A DNA stretch of 64,000 nt from a virus, in IMG/VR virus record IMGVR_UViG_3300042695_002264, positions 1 to 64,000 of that record. One strand, given 5' to 3'. Made by a program: the position numbers and the translations under genes. Of the stretch, positions 24,948-35,377 are shown piece after piece (within the stretch, counting starts at the first letter, position 1; each line of letters opens with the position of its first letter). The notes beneath the pieces were generated by a model. It saw nothing but the letters and a program-made list of their open reading frames with translations. It was not told the DNA's origin and made no database searches.

Positions 24948-25134
24948 GAATTATAGTTTTAACTTTATCATTATGTTGCAATCTTGCTAAATGTTTGGAT
25001 GCTTCTTCCAATGTGCTAAAATCGGCAGGAAAATAATGACAACCAGCATCAACCCAAAATAGTCCAAACATTTTCCATTGAACTTGGAATCTTGGCCCAT
25101 CGTAATATTGATACTCTTTAATTCTGTATTTCAT
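24937..25134 (-). CDS. hypothetical protein
   Basis: MKYRI..; coupled. Confidence 0.7.
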   Translation of the reverse strand: MKYRIKEYQYYDGPRFQVQWKMFGLFWVDAGCHYFPADFSTLEEASKHLARLQHNDKVKTIIHET

Positions 25135-25457
25135 TTCATTTCCTCCCCCGATTTTGAGCCGTGCTTGAACCCGTATCTGACGGCATCAGCAATTTTATGC
25201 AGCGCATGGAGCATATTGCCCCGCTGGCGCGATAGCTCCCAATAGTTCTCGTTGGAACTGGCCTTGAGCTTGGCGATCTCTCGGCGCGCCTCTTCAAGCT
25301 GCCGCCTGATCTCGGTGTTGGTCGCGCAGGTTTGTTGGAGTGCTGCTAAAGCATCGTTGAGCTTTCTTTCAACCTTCCGCGCATCCTCAATGGGCACGAA
25401 TCCAGTTGGTCCATCGTAGTAAAGCTCTGCAGCGTCAATTTCGGGGGTGTCGCTCAT
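25131..25457 (-). CDS. hypothetical protein (MSDTPE.D...AR..ER type)
   Basis: Common phage N-terminal motif; ATGA coupling. Confidence 0.7.
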   Translation of the reverse strand: MSDTPEIDAAELYYDGPTGFVPIEDARKVERKLNDALAALQQTCATNTEIRRQLEEARREIAKLKASSNENYWELSRQRGNMLHALHKIADAVRYGFKHGSKSGEEMK

Positions 25458-25593
25458 TTGGAGTCTCCGATCTGTTTTTTCAATTCGTTCAAAGCTGTCA
25501 TCGCGTTGAGATCGCCGCAGTAGTTTGGTCTATATCGCCAAATTCCCTTCCATTGGATGGCTTCTGCAATTGCATCGTTGATTTGTTCGTTGG

Positions 25594-26097
25594 TCATTTG
25601 CTTTCCTCCTTCAGCTGCTCCCAGTTGGCTAGTGCGGCTTTCCACATCCCATTGTAAAAAAGAACCGTGGCCTGCAGCCGCAAGGTGTACACCTTTGTCT
25701 GCACCGGATGCCTCAGGCTCACCAGGATGTAGTAATACACCACGAATTTCGCGAGAAGATCCCGGAGTTCCTTTGGCCCTTCGGCCACCTCTTGCTCGAT
25801 GGCTTTTCGCATTCTCGCCGCCGCCTCGCTCTCATCCGAATGCACCCTCGGCATCGGGTATGACGACATGGCCTGCACCGCCAGCATGAGCCCATAAACC
25901 TCGTTATGGCACACCTGCCCGCCGCGAATCTCCTCGCCTAGAAGCAGCTTGTTGTACCGCGTGATGATCCTAGATACCTCGAGCTTAGCCACTGCCAGTT
26001 GCCTGTCGCGCTTAGCAGCGTAGACAGTCCACAGGCAAGGAACACACACGAGGAGCACCCCCGCCAGATACATCGCCGATGAAATTTCTACGTGCAT
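25594..26097 (-). CDS. single-TM hypothetical protein in a GC-rich patch
   Basis: 167-aa ORF with an N-terminal hydrophobic helix. Confidence 0.6.
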   Translation of the reverse strand: MHVEISSAMYLAGVLLVCVPCLWTVYAAKRDRQLAVAKLEVSRIITRYNKLLLGEEIRGGQVCHNEVYGLMLAVQAMSSYPMPRVHSDESEAAARMRKAIEQEVAEGPKELRDLLAKFVVYYYILVSLRHPVQTKVYTLRLQATVLFYNGMWKAALANWEQLKEESK

Positions 26098-26399
26098 AGT
26101 TCACAAACTTCTTTGTGTTTAATTCTGGCGTTTTCACACGCCTCTTTCCATTTGCTGTTTCCCTTGTATTTCCGAGCCGATATAGGCTTAAGAAAGTCAA
26201 TGACAGTAGTTATGGTTTTTTTCAACATGCGGACATTTTTGGCATCTACATCGTTATCATACTTTTCTGTAAAGTATTGACGGGCATCTTTAATGTCTTC
26301 AAATCCAACTGTCTTGGTTCTAGCACAACTCTTGGAGTAATAGCGAACCAAATATATGTTTTCAGTTGTGTTTTGTTTGTCACTTTTGGTAGTTTTCAT
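26088..26399 (-). CDS. hypothetical protein
   Basis: Probable start MKTTKSDK. Confidence 0.6.
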   Translation of the reverse strand: MKTTKSDKQNTTENIYLVRYYSKSCARTKTVGFEDIKDARQYFTEKYDNDVDAKNVRMLKKTITTVIDFLKPISARKYKGNSKWKEACENARIKHKEVCELCT

Positions 26400-26436
26400 A
26401 AATTTGCTTGGATAGTTTGATTGCAAATGATTTATC

Positions 26437-26769
26437 TTACATTTCCAGAGGGTTTTCCTCTATGGTTTTCTCTTTTTGAAGCTCCTTGATTTCAAGGTAG
26501 TAGTCTTCGTTGCAAAAGACGCCATCTCCACAGTAATCATCTTGGTCAAAGTCTGCGGTTGAGCTATTGTTTGGGGTAAGGGTCACGATACTCCCAGCCT
26601 TCCACCAATCAGAGGAGCCTTGGTAGCGTTTCTTGATAGGAAGATCTACCGTTCGTTTATTGACATAGAGCGGACCTTTGGTCCAAGGCTCCCAAATGAC
26701 GGAGTTGGGACCTGCCCTACCTACACGGTATTCTACGATGATGTTATTTTCTATTTCTTCAAGTTTCAT
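26437..26769 (-). CDS. hypothetical protein
   Basis: 110-aa ORF. Confidence 0.65.
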   Translation of the reverse strand: MKLEEIENNIIVEYRVGRAGPNSVIWEPWTKGPLYVNKRTVDLPIKKRYQGSSDWWKAGSIVTLTPNNSSTADFDQDDYCGDGVFCNEDYYLEIKELQKEKTIEENPLEM

Positions 26770-27674
26770 TTATTTGATTTCTTTTGTAGGTTATTAATTC
26801 TCTTTAGCTATCAGCCTATAGGCTCTTGATGGTTTGCCAGATCATCCCTACTAGGGCGAAGGCATAGCCAAGCCAGACCATGGCCAGACTAAATTTTCCT
26901 TTTACAACCATCTCAATTCCAACGATGATGTAGATGATGCAAACTATAGCTAACAGGTAAGGACTCATTTTATACCATATCCCTCTCTGGCTTCATCAAC
27001 CCATTGTCCAATTTTCTTGAGGGTTTTCTCATATTTAGATTGAGAAACAGCCTCGCAGTAAGACTCCATGAGCTCATCGAAAAGCTCAAAGATGTTGACA
27101 TCTTTAAGGTCGATTTGATTCATGCCGATTTTAGTAACGAGGACTACTTGGTTTTTCTTTTTCATAGTGTTTATAGATTAAATGTTTTTGTTGGAAAGGT
27201 CAAGAAGTTTTTTCTCTTTCTTGAATAGCTTTTTGCCAAAGATCCCGAACCTTTTTAAAGGTTTTTTCTACTTCATCATCGGAAAAGGTTTTAGAATACA
27301 GCGGATATTCTTCGCTAGTAACGTAAGAATCAAGTGCATCGCAAATGATATCACAATCTCTTTCTGTGAGTTTATTTTTCATTGTTCTAAGTATATGGGA
27401 ACTTTAAGGACAAAGCAAGAACTATTTTACCCTCTTCCATCTAAACCCAAAGAACAGGGTCATCATCCATCTATAGAAGATGTTAGGTGCTTTGGGTAAA
27501 TTTATAGTAAGATAACTGTCATTACAAAAAGGATAAAGTTCCCAAGAGATAGGGGGATATTCTGTTAGTTTTATAAAAGATTCTCCTTGCCAGCGAGTAG
27601 GTACTTTCACATCTTGACAAATATCACACACTTGATTGCGACCTATAACATCAGCACAATCACATTTTGGCTTT

Positions 27675-28088
27675 TTAGATTTCATTTTCAAATATATTAC
27701 CTATAATTTCAACGCTTTCAATAAAATCTGACAAATAAACATAATCATTCCCATTTGTATCTTTGAGTATATATGATGCTTCTTCATTAGACCATTCACA
27801 CACCAAAGGAACTTTATAGGGAATTTTACTAAAAGATCTTTGTATTATGTCACCCTCATAAATCTCTTTGCCATTTTTGTCAAGCATTCCTGTGAATTGT
27901 TGAATAACATAATGTTCTGAACAATTTATAATTCCTGTATGTTTAAAATCTCCAATTAATTGACCATCTAATTGTAAATAGATTTTTTCTTCATAATCTC
28001 CATTTTTAGTTGGACTTGATGGGTACAACATTTCTTGATATGTTGGATTCCAAACTCTGAATTTAAGTTCTTTAGATTTCTTTTTCAT
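27675..28088 (-). CDS. YopX-family protein
   Basis: KFRVWN...QQFTG.LDKNGKEIYEGDI...EIIGNIFEN. Confidence 0.9.
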   Translation of the reverse strand: MKKKSKELKFRVWNPTYQEMLYPSSPTKNGDYEEKIYLQLDGQLIGDFKHTGIINCSEHYVIQQFTGMLDKNGKEIYEGDIIQRSFSKIPYKVPLVCEWSNEEASYILKDTNGNDYVYLSDFIESVEIIGNIFENEI

Positions 28089-29199
28089 CTTGTAATGTCC
28101 ATTTTAGATCTTGTCTGAGATTTAGTTCTTCATCTGTATAATGCATGTCGATGAAGTGACATGCGTGTTCTGCTCTCATGTCAATATACTTGAGTAATAG
28201 TTCTAGTTGTTCTTTAGTCATAATTTAGGTACTCCTTGAGATAGAAGGAAATCATCTCCAAACTCTTCCCAATACTTTTTTGCTTTAGTCATAATACTAT
28301 CAAGCACTTCTTTTTTATTTTGCTCTTTCATAGCCTCAATATCGTTTTTGAGTTTTCGATAAACTTCACCAATAGCAAATTTATTATCCTGAAGCATAAA
28401 GAGATCATCTTCAGTCATTCTATGACAAGCCCAAAGGTCTGTTTGCTTTGATGGGCAATAGTCTCTAACTCTTATTTCAACCAATGGACTCATTGTATTC
28501 ATCCCTTTCAAATAGTTCTCTCCATCTCCATGGACCATAAGCTGACATTGACAGAAAGATACCTAATACCACCCACCACCCAGACCATCCCTGCCAACCA
28601 TAAAGGTAAATAGAGCCTCCCAGAACTAAAGACTCCCAGAAGATAATATAGATCAAATATGTTAAGGCTCTCATTTTAAATATCCTTTCTTTTTTGCTAT
28701 AGCAATCAATCTATTAGCATTTCTCTCATACCAATAAAAGTTAAACTCTGAAGGTTTTTTAGCAAAGAATTTTTGATCAAGCCTAGAACTCAGACCAAGC
28801 CATCTTTGAGGGAAGGCAAAGCTTTTTTCTAGTCTTGTTTTAAAAGATTTGATTCTGTTAAATATTTTCATGATAAAAAGTATAGCACACTAAAGTAAAT
28901 TGCCCAAGTTAAAATCATTCCTAAGAATGATATAAAACTTAAAATTAAAAGAACAAAAGATTCATAAGTGCCTTTATTCGATTCCCGTAGCAAATAAGCC
29001 GAGACCACCAAGAACACTATGGATATTGGAATAACAATAGCAATTGAAGGTATTGTGATCATTGTATTAATGTTAACTCCCTTTTAACCATTTTACAAGT
29101 AAATAAATCCAAGAAATTAAAATAGCACCCCAAACAAAGAACATTTCAGGGTTTCTTTTATGAAATTCCCATTCAACTTTAAATAGATTTTTGTATTCT

Positions 29200-29547
29200 T
29201 TAAAGGTCATTTTCTTTTAATTTTTCAAAGTTTTCTAGGGCAGTCCTTTCTTTAGAGTATGACCCATCACTCTGAATCCTAAAGTCTGTATTGAGTTCTT
29301 TTAAAGCTTCTGCTAATTCTTCAGCACATTTGCGCCAGCTATCTAATTTTGTTCTAATTGTAAATACCTGCAAGTTAGTACAATTGTGACCTTCTGGACC
29401 ATGACTTTCTAATTGCTCTTTTAGCTGATCTCTTTCTTCTTGAAGTTTATATACTTTATTCACCAAAGCAATATTAGACTTTGACAAGCTATTTACATCT
29501 GCTTGAAGTTTGGAAAAGTCTTTTACAATGTCAATATTTGATTTCAT
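29200..29547 (-). CDS. coiled-coil hypothetical protein
   Basis: 115 aa, coupled. Confidence 0.65.
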   Translation of the reverse strand: MKSNIDIVKDFSKLQADVNSLSKSNIALVNKVYKLQEERDQLKEQLESHGPEGHNCTNLQVFTIRTKLDSWRKCAEELAEALKELNTDFRIQSDGSYSKERTALENFEKLKENDL

Positions 29548-30206
29548 TTTGTCTTAAATTGAAATTTAGCATCACCATTTGCATCTGCTACCCATTCAGC
29601 GACTCCAGCCTTTACAGCTTGCGATTGCCATTGTGATCCATTTAGTGCGCCTCCAGCCACAAATCCAAAAAGAAAAATAAGGCCAGCCATTACAATTATT
29701 ATTGGAAAATTTTCATTCATATTATTATACTTTTGCTGTTTTATCAGACCATCTACCCAATTTAAATTCGTAGCAGATGATATCCCAAATAACCATAGGA
29801 AGTCTCCAAAGTTTTCCATCTTTTAAATCTCTTCCTTCGGCTTCTGCACCACAATAATGAGGTTTAATAGTTAGATAATAGTTGCTGTTTTTTAGTTTGA
29901 ATTTAGTTTTCATAAATATATATTATTCTTTATACCATTTCTTTTCAATTAATTTTTTAAATTCTTCGTTGCGCGCTTTCATTTTCTGATATTCTTCAAA
30001 ATACCAGTCGCGCTGATCGGCAATATCATGCAGATCATTCATATTTAATTCAATTAATTTTTCAAGCATTTTATTCTGCCTACGACATTCGTTGAGCAAA
30101 TCAATATGTGTTTGTAAGAGTGTTTTATTCATTAAACAAGAGTAGGATATATTAATTTAATTTTTTTGTCAAGGGAAAAAAGTGTATTCCATGTGTAAGT
30201 ATATGC

Positions 30207-30815
30207 ATGATCCTAGAACACGCAAAAACAGATGGTAGCAAAGAGTTATATATAAATAAAAAATTTAATAAATTAACAGTTTTAAAGTATACTTCTCCCC
30301 CAAAAGATACTAAAGATAAATTGGCTAAATATCATAAATGGGTATTATGCAAGTGCGATTGTGGCAATACCGTGGTTCATAGACTTTCTGGTTTAAAATC
30401 GGGCAAAACAAAATCTTGCGGTTGTTTAAAGTACTTAAAAGGAGAAAAATCTCCGTTCTTTACTGGATGCGGTGAAATATCTGGAAAATTTTTCTCACAT
30501 ATTAAAAGAACTGCTAATGGCGGAACAAACAAAAGAAAAAGAATTTGTAAAGATTTTGACATAAATGTAGAATTTTTATGGGATTTGTTTTTAAAACAAA
30601 ATAAAAAATGTGCGATTACAAATGTTCCAATATGTTTTAGCAGTATTTTTGGAAAATTTTCTGATGGAACTGCATCTTTAGATAGAATTGATTCTAATAA
30701 AGGCTATACTGAAGATAATGTTCAATGGGTTCATAAGACAATTAATATGATGAAAAATAAATTGTCAATGAAAGAATTTATCCAATGGTGTGAATTGGTC
30801 TCAAAAAATAATTAA
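30207..30815 (+). CDS. HNH homing endonuclease-like protein
   Basis: CKCDCG...TKSCGC N-terminal domain; SLDRIDSNKGYTEDNVQWV...NMMK. Confidence 0.85.
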   Translation: MILEHAKTDGSKELYINKKFNKLTVLKYTSPPKDTKDKLAKYHKWVLCKCDCGNTVVHRLSGLKSGKTKSCGCLKYLKGEKSPFFTGCGEISGKFFSHIKRTANGGTNKRKRICKDFDINVEFLWDLFLKQNKKCAITNVPICFSSIFGKFSDGTASLDRIDSNKGYTEDNVQWVHKTINMMKNKLSMKEFIQWCELVSKNN

Positions 30816-31486
30816 AAAGGATTCTTTGTTTCACTGTTATGATGGTCAAAAGCAATTGGATCAAGTTTATCAAATTTTGATTTGATTTCTCCGAAAGAAA
30901 TTGGGAAAGGGCAACATTCTACCCCAACATCCATAATTTTGGCTTTGTATAGAACATTACCAAGTTCAGTCCCGTAAAGATTACCATGAGAGTGACTATG
31001 GATCATGTAGCTGCCTTTACCTTGACCGTTCCACGCCGCGAGCGCATAATGACTAGCGACAATCGGCTGTCCATTAACATAAGCCTCTAGATAATTTGGT
31101 ACAAAAATAACTTCTTTTTTATACCCATTCAGATAAAGGGTATTATCTTTAACGCTTTCAAATGTTTGTTTCCAACCGCTCTGATGGTTCCCACTCATAA
31201 CAAACACGCGCCAAAAATTAAGACGATTCATTAGCTTAACGAATTCTTCTTCGCCGCCATAACCGAACATAATATCACCAAGAAGAAAGCCAACAGTTTT
31301 TTCTGTTGCTTTACTATTCCAGTTACGAACAATACCTTCGTCGTGTTCGGCGGAAGATTCGTAGCCGCGCCGCTTCCAGATGGGAACTTCCCACTTTGGA
31401 TTGTGCCTATAATGCAGACAGCCCCAAAAAAGAATCTCATGATTCTTGGCTTCAACACGAACTGGCTGATAGAATAGACCTTTCAT
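30812..31486 (-). CDS. calcineurin-like metallophosphoesterase
   Basis: GCLH..H, LLGD, GNH, SHY, HSHSH, DVGV. Confidence 0.85.
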   Translation of the reverse strand: MKGLFYQPVRVEAKNHEILFWGCLHYRHNPKWEVPIWKRRGYESSAEHDEGIVRNWNSKATEKTVGFLLGDIMFGYGGEEEFVKLMNRLNFWRVFVMSGNHQSGWKQTFESVKDNTLYLNGYKKEVIFVPNYLEAYVNGQPIVASHYALAAWNGQGKGSYMIHSHSHGNLYGTELGNVLYKAKIMDVGVECCPFPISFGEIKSKFDKLDPIAFDHHNSETKNPF

Positions 31487-31641
31487 TTTAAATATACATT
31501 CTTAATTTTCTGTATTGATCTTTTAATGGGTGTTCTCGATGTAATTTTCTTTTAGTAGAACGATGCCAACAAAAGCAAATTTTGCATTTATATGGCGAAA
31601 TATTCTTTTGCCGCGCTTCTCTAGCGGTAAAATATCTACGC

Positions 31642-32334
31642 TTACTTGCGCAAACCAGTATATCTCTTTGTGTGAAGCTCATATGTTTTTGCTGCTTCTT
31701 TATAAATTTGACTATACTCTTTTCTTACGTCAATGTCAACACCTTTCCCAAACTGTGCCTCTTGGTACCCATATTGCAAATATGCTTGGATTTCATCATC
31801 AACGACTTTTTGGGCATAACCCATCTTCAAAACATTATCTTTAAAAGTGTTATAATATTTTTTCGGTAATCCATGAGTATATGTGTCCATTTGTTTTTTA
31901 TAGTTTTTATTGGTATGATAGAGTGCATGGCATACCTCATGTTTAAATGTATCACCACTGGTATCTTTTGCACCAATAACATAAGCATCTTTACTTTCGT
32001 GCTTTAGCTTTGCCAAGATTTGGTCCATTACCTTATCGTAAGGACTTTCTGGTTTTGTTAGTTTATTGTAACAATCACGAATAGTTTTAAGTGGGATATT
32101 GAATCCAGACCAATCAGCGCCATAACTAAAGCCCCAATCGTTCTGTTCGTGATACCACTTCATGTAGTTCCAAATTGAAAAGTTTTTGCCACGAAATTTT
32201 TGGCTTGGACTCTCATAATATTCTTGCGCTCGGCAGAAAAGCATGGCACGATCATACTTATCTTTGACGATAACCGCAAAGATATTAGGAAGAACTTCTT
32301 TAATTTTATAGTTAATTTTCATTGATATTTCCAA
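31642..32334 (-). CDS. hypothetical protein with HExxH
   Basis: FCRAQEYYES...GFNIP...HEVCHALY...DEIQAY. Confidence 0.75.
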   Translation of the reverse strand: MEISMKINYKIKEVLPNIFAVIVKDKYDRAMLFCRAQEYYESPSQKFRGKNFSIWNYMKWYHEQNDWGFSYGADWSGFNIPLKTIRDCYNKLTKPESPYDKVMDQILAKLKHESKDAYVIGAKDTSGDTFKHEVCHALYHTNKNYKKQMDTYTHGLPKKYYNTFKDNVLKMGYAQKVVDDEIQAYLQYGYQEAQFGKGVDIDVRKEYSQIYKEAAKTYELHTKRYTGLRK

Positions 32335-32689
32335 CTACCTCAATACTTTCTTCCATTATTTTATCAAGTATTTGGTGACCATCTTTACCAAAGTAGAACC
32401 CAGCAAGACGCTCATCGTAATAAACTTCACAATTTTTATATTCGATTATGTCCCTATCACTAAGATCTACAGTATAATCACAAGAAAAATTAATAAGGTC
32501 GCCTTCGTAAACCTCTACGCCATTCTTGTCAATGAGTCCTGTGAATTGTTGAGGAACGAGAGTATCATAATCACTTCCATCAAAAAGCTCATCTACAAGA
32601 CCATCATAGCGATAATCATGAACAAAAGCTTTTCCAGCAGGACACCAGAAACGAAATTTAATCGTTCTCTTTTTCATTCTCTTTTTCAT
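32312..32689 (-). CDS. YopX-family protein
   Basis: IKFRFW...QQFTGLIDKNGVEVYEGDL...EVVGNI. Confidence 0.85.
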   Translation of the reverse strand: MKKRMKKRTIKFRFWCPAGKAFVHDYRYDGLVDELFDGSDYDTLVPQQFTGLIDKNGVEVYEGDLINFSCDYTVDLSDRDIIEYKNCEVYYDERLAGFYFGKDGHQILDKIMEESIEVVGNINEN

Positions 32690-32987
32690 TCTCTTTATAT
32701 CCAGCACCACAAATTTGTCCAGCAGAAATAGTTCCACCGTACTTTTCCATAATTTGGCGCATTTCATTTTGAATATCGAACATACACCAATTTTCAGTTA
32801 GGGTCAGGTCATATTCATATTTTGCCCATCCATCATCAAGAGTCATCTTGAAAACATGTGGCTCGCCAGATTTCAAATGCTTTTCTTTTTCAAATTCTTT
32901 CATAACGTAATCGCTTATTTCTTTTTTTCTTTTACGTAATTCTTTTATTTCCTCTTCGGTTAAATCGTATGGTAATTTTTTACTCAT
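32658..32987 (-). CDS. hypothetical protein
   Basis: 109-aa ORF. Confidence 0.6.
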   Translation of the reverse strand: MSKKLPYDLTEEEIKELRKRKKEISDYVMKEFEKEKHLKSGEPHVFKMTLDDGWAKYEYDLTLTENWCMFDIQNEMRQIMEKYGGTISAGQICGAGYKENEKENEKEND

Positions 32988-33261
32988 TATGATACCACCA
33001 AGAGCGAACTTCTGATTTTACAAAATCATTGTACTCAAGGCCAGCTTCAGCCAAAAATTCGTCAAATGAAATGGTATTATCGTCGCAATTAAAGATATAG
33101 TCAAGTAACCAATCTGCACCAGCCTCATCAAGACGAAGGTCTTTTACAAGCTTATTAAATTTATTATCAACAATATTATTAATCTCACGGATAAACTCGC
33201 GCTCCTTGTAAATAACATCTTCGGGATGGCGACCATCTTTGGTATAATGACTTTTGTTCAT
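32980..33261 (-). CDS. hypothetical protein
   Basis: TTGACA-17-TAATAT-6-ATG. Confidence 0.75.
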   Translation of the reverse strand: MNKSHYTKDGRHPEDVIYKEREFIREINNIVDNKFNKLVKDLRLDEAGADWLLDYIFNCDDNTISFDEFLAEAGLEYNDFVKSEVRSWWYHNE

Positions 33262-33281
33262 GTAGGAATATTAATAGGTTT

Positions 33282-33683
33282 TTATTTATCTGTCAAGCCC
33301 ATTTCAAATTCATTTTGCTTGTTGAGACAGGAAACTAAGTATTCTGCATTTTCAAAAGTATTTCCAATGACTTCCATCTCTCCAAGCTTATCAAAGACAG
33401 TATGAAACCAAATAAATTTTAGCGTTGAAATATTCTCAAGTTTCCATAACATATAGCTACCATAACGAAAACGAACAAGATAATTTTCCCCATTATAATG
33501 GAGAATATCTCCAACATAAACGTCTTTTAAATTTTTATCAGTTACGCCAGTATGCTCTTGCGGGGCCGTAGCATTGATTCCTTTAAGCGGATACCCCTCA
33601 TACATATCCCATGTATAAAGCGTTTTATCGTCACGATTAAAAGCACGAAAACGAATTAAATATCTTGTTTTATTCTGTTGCAT
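33282..33683 (-). CDS. YopX-family protein
   Basis: IRFRAF...TGVTDKN.KDVYVGDIL...EVIGNTFEN. Confidence 0.85.
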   Translation of the reverse strand: MQQNKTRYLIRFRAFNRDDKTLYTWDMYEGYPLKGINATAPQEHTGVTDKNLKDVYVGDILHYNGENYLVRFRYGSYMLWKLENISTLKFIWFHTVFDKLGEMEVIGNTFENAEYLVSCLNKQNEFEMGLTDK

Positions 33684-34355
33684 TACTGCCTACCAGTTGA
33701 GGAAAAAAGAATTCCAAAAAGCATATACAGAAAAGCAGCATCAATCCAACCAATTTGTGGAAGTCCAAAAATTTGCGGAATGACAGCATTCCATAGCATA
33801 AAAACTGGAACAGCAACGATAAACGAAAAAATAATAATGATTGATACGCTAGTCAAAAAAGCCAGTGCCATTTGTTTTATATACTCAAGCATATGTCTCC
33901 TCTCCGCTAAAATAGTCTCTGGCCGCTTCAAGATAGCCTTCGCTGTCTAGGTATTGGCGCAGGGCTTGGAAATCATCGCCACTGAGCGCCCCTTTAACTC
34001 TGACTTCGATATCGTAACCATCGCTACCAACAGGACGAATACCCACATCAAAATGGCGACCTTTGAAAGTTAGTTTAGTATAGTATGTATTATTTTTTTT
34101 CATTTTAAATCCATTTATTCAGTCCAATAATTGTGCTGTGCAACCAATCGTTGCAAACTTTTTGAGCTTCTTTTAGGCTTGTCAAGTATGTTCCGTATGG
34201 AAGGATTGGTTGGTCGTCTCCAGTTCCATAATAAATGAATGCTTGGTATTTCGCTTTATCTACTTCTTCAATAGAAAACTGCCAACCAACCGATTTTATT
34301 TCGGCCATCCAAAAAGCAAAATCATCGTATTTTTTCTTTTTCCAAGTTAGTTTTT

Positions 34356-34700
34356 TCATAGTTGGTCGCTATAATGTCTGGCATTGAATCCACCAGTTTT
34401 TCTATATTCCTCATCTTCCTCTCCAATTTCAAACCAGTAATCGCAAAATTTATGAGCAGAATTAGAATATTCTTCCAATTCGGCTTCACTACCTAATACC
34501 GACAATGCTTCAATAGTTTCATCAGAGAGCCCATCAATATCATCAAGATCGAAAACTTTAATGTAGTTGAGAAAATCTTCTTCCGAGTTTCCTTCATATG
34601 GATAATTTTCGTGATTTCGAAAATCTTCTGGATCAAGATGTGTAACTGGACCAGCTAGGTAAGCTGTATATTTTTCACAACGTCTGACTTGGTATTTCAT
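34356..34700 (-). CDS. acidic hypothetical protein
   Basis: True start MKYQVRRC after the tRNA-Leu 3' end. Confidence 0.65.
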   Translation of the reverse strand: MKYQVRRCEKYTAYLAGPVTHLDPEDFRNHENYPYEGNSEEDFLNYIKVFDLDDIDGLSDETIEALSVLGSEAELEEYSNSAHKFCDYWFEIGEEDEEYRKTGGFNARHYSDQL

Positions 34701-34716
34701 ATAAATGTTTTTAAAT

Positions 34717-34802
34717 TGGTAGCGAAGGTGGGACTCGAACCCACACGGTCTTTCGACCAACGGATTTTAAGTCCGTTGTGGCTGCCATTACACCACTTCG
34801 CC
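34717..34802 (-). tRNA. tRNA-Leu(TAA)
   Basis: Anticodon arm acgga-ctTAAaa-tccgt; variable arm; ACCA end. Confidence 0.9.
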
Positions 34803-34850
34803 ATATTGGGAAAGAGAAAAAATAGGGGGTCTTACGACCCCCATTGTGAA

Positions 34851-35336
34851 TTAGGAAATACGGTAAACCTTGCTAGGCTTGCCTTTTCCAAGACCCTTGC
34901 GGGTTCCAACCTCACGAATACGCGAGTTGATATACTTCTTGATGTAGTTAGTCACATCATACTTCTCACAACCATTGAGCGTAGCGACATCAGTAACAGT
35001 CCACTCGCCTTCAGGCAGTTTGAGATCTAGGGACTTCTTAGGGCGCCCCCTTTGCCCTTTTACCTTTACGGTTTCTTCTTGTGTGTTCATAATTTCTACC
35101 ATTTGACCATCTTGGATTTTAAAATTGCTACGACCAGTATAAACTACATTTGTAGTTGGCGCAAGAGAATAGCGGAAAGGTGACCACGAATCATTAGGTG
35201 TTTCACGCTTTTCGCCACGAACAAGCACCGAGCATTGACTATTACGAAGAACAACGAGATTCTTCATAGTATCTTTGATTGATGGGATCTCAAAACGATC
35301 TCCCTCGTTTAGGTTTTGCAGTTGTACTGTTTTCAT
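34851..35336 (-). CDS. putative DNA-binding protein (AT-hook-like RGRPKK plus wHTH-like tail)
   Basis: QRGRPKK...WTVTDVA...GKGKPSKVY. Confidence 0.65.
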   Translation of the reverse strand: MKTVQLQNLNEGDRFEIPSIKDTMKNLVVLRNSQCSVLVRGEKRETPNDSWSPFRYSLAPTTNVVYTGRSNFKIQDGQMVEIMNTQEETVKVKGQRGRPKKSLDLKLPEGEWTVTDVATLNGCEKYDVTNYIKKYINSRIREVGTRKGLGKGKPSKVYRIS

Positions 35337-35377
35337 TATGTTTATATATTAAAGACTTTTTTCACTAAATGCAAGCA

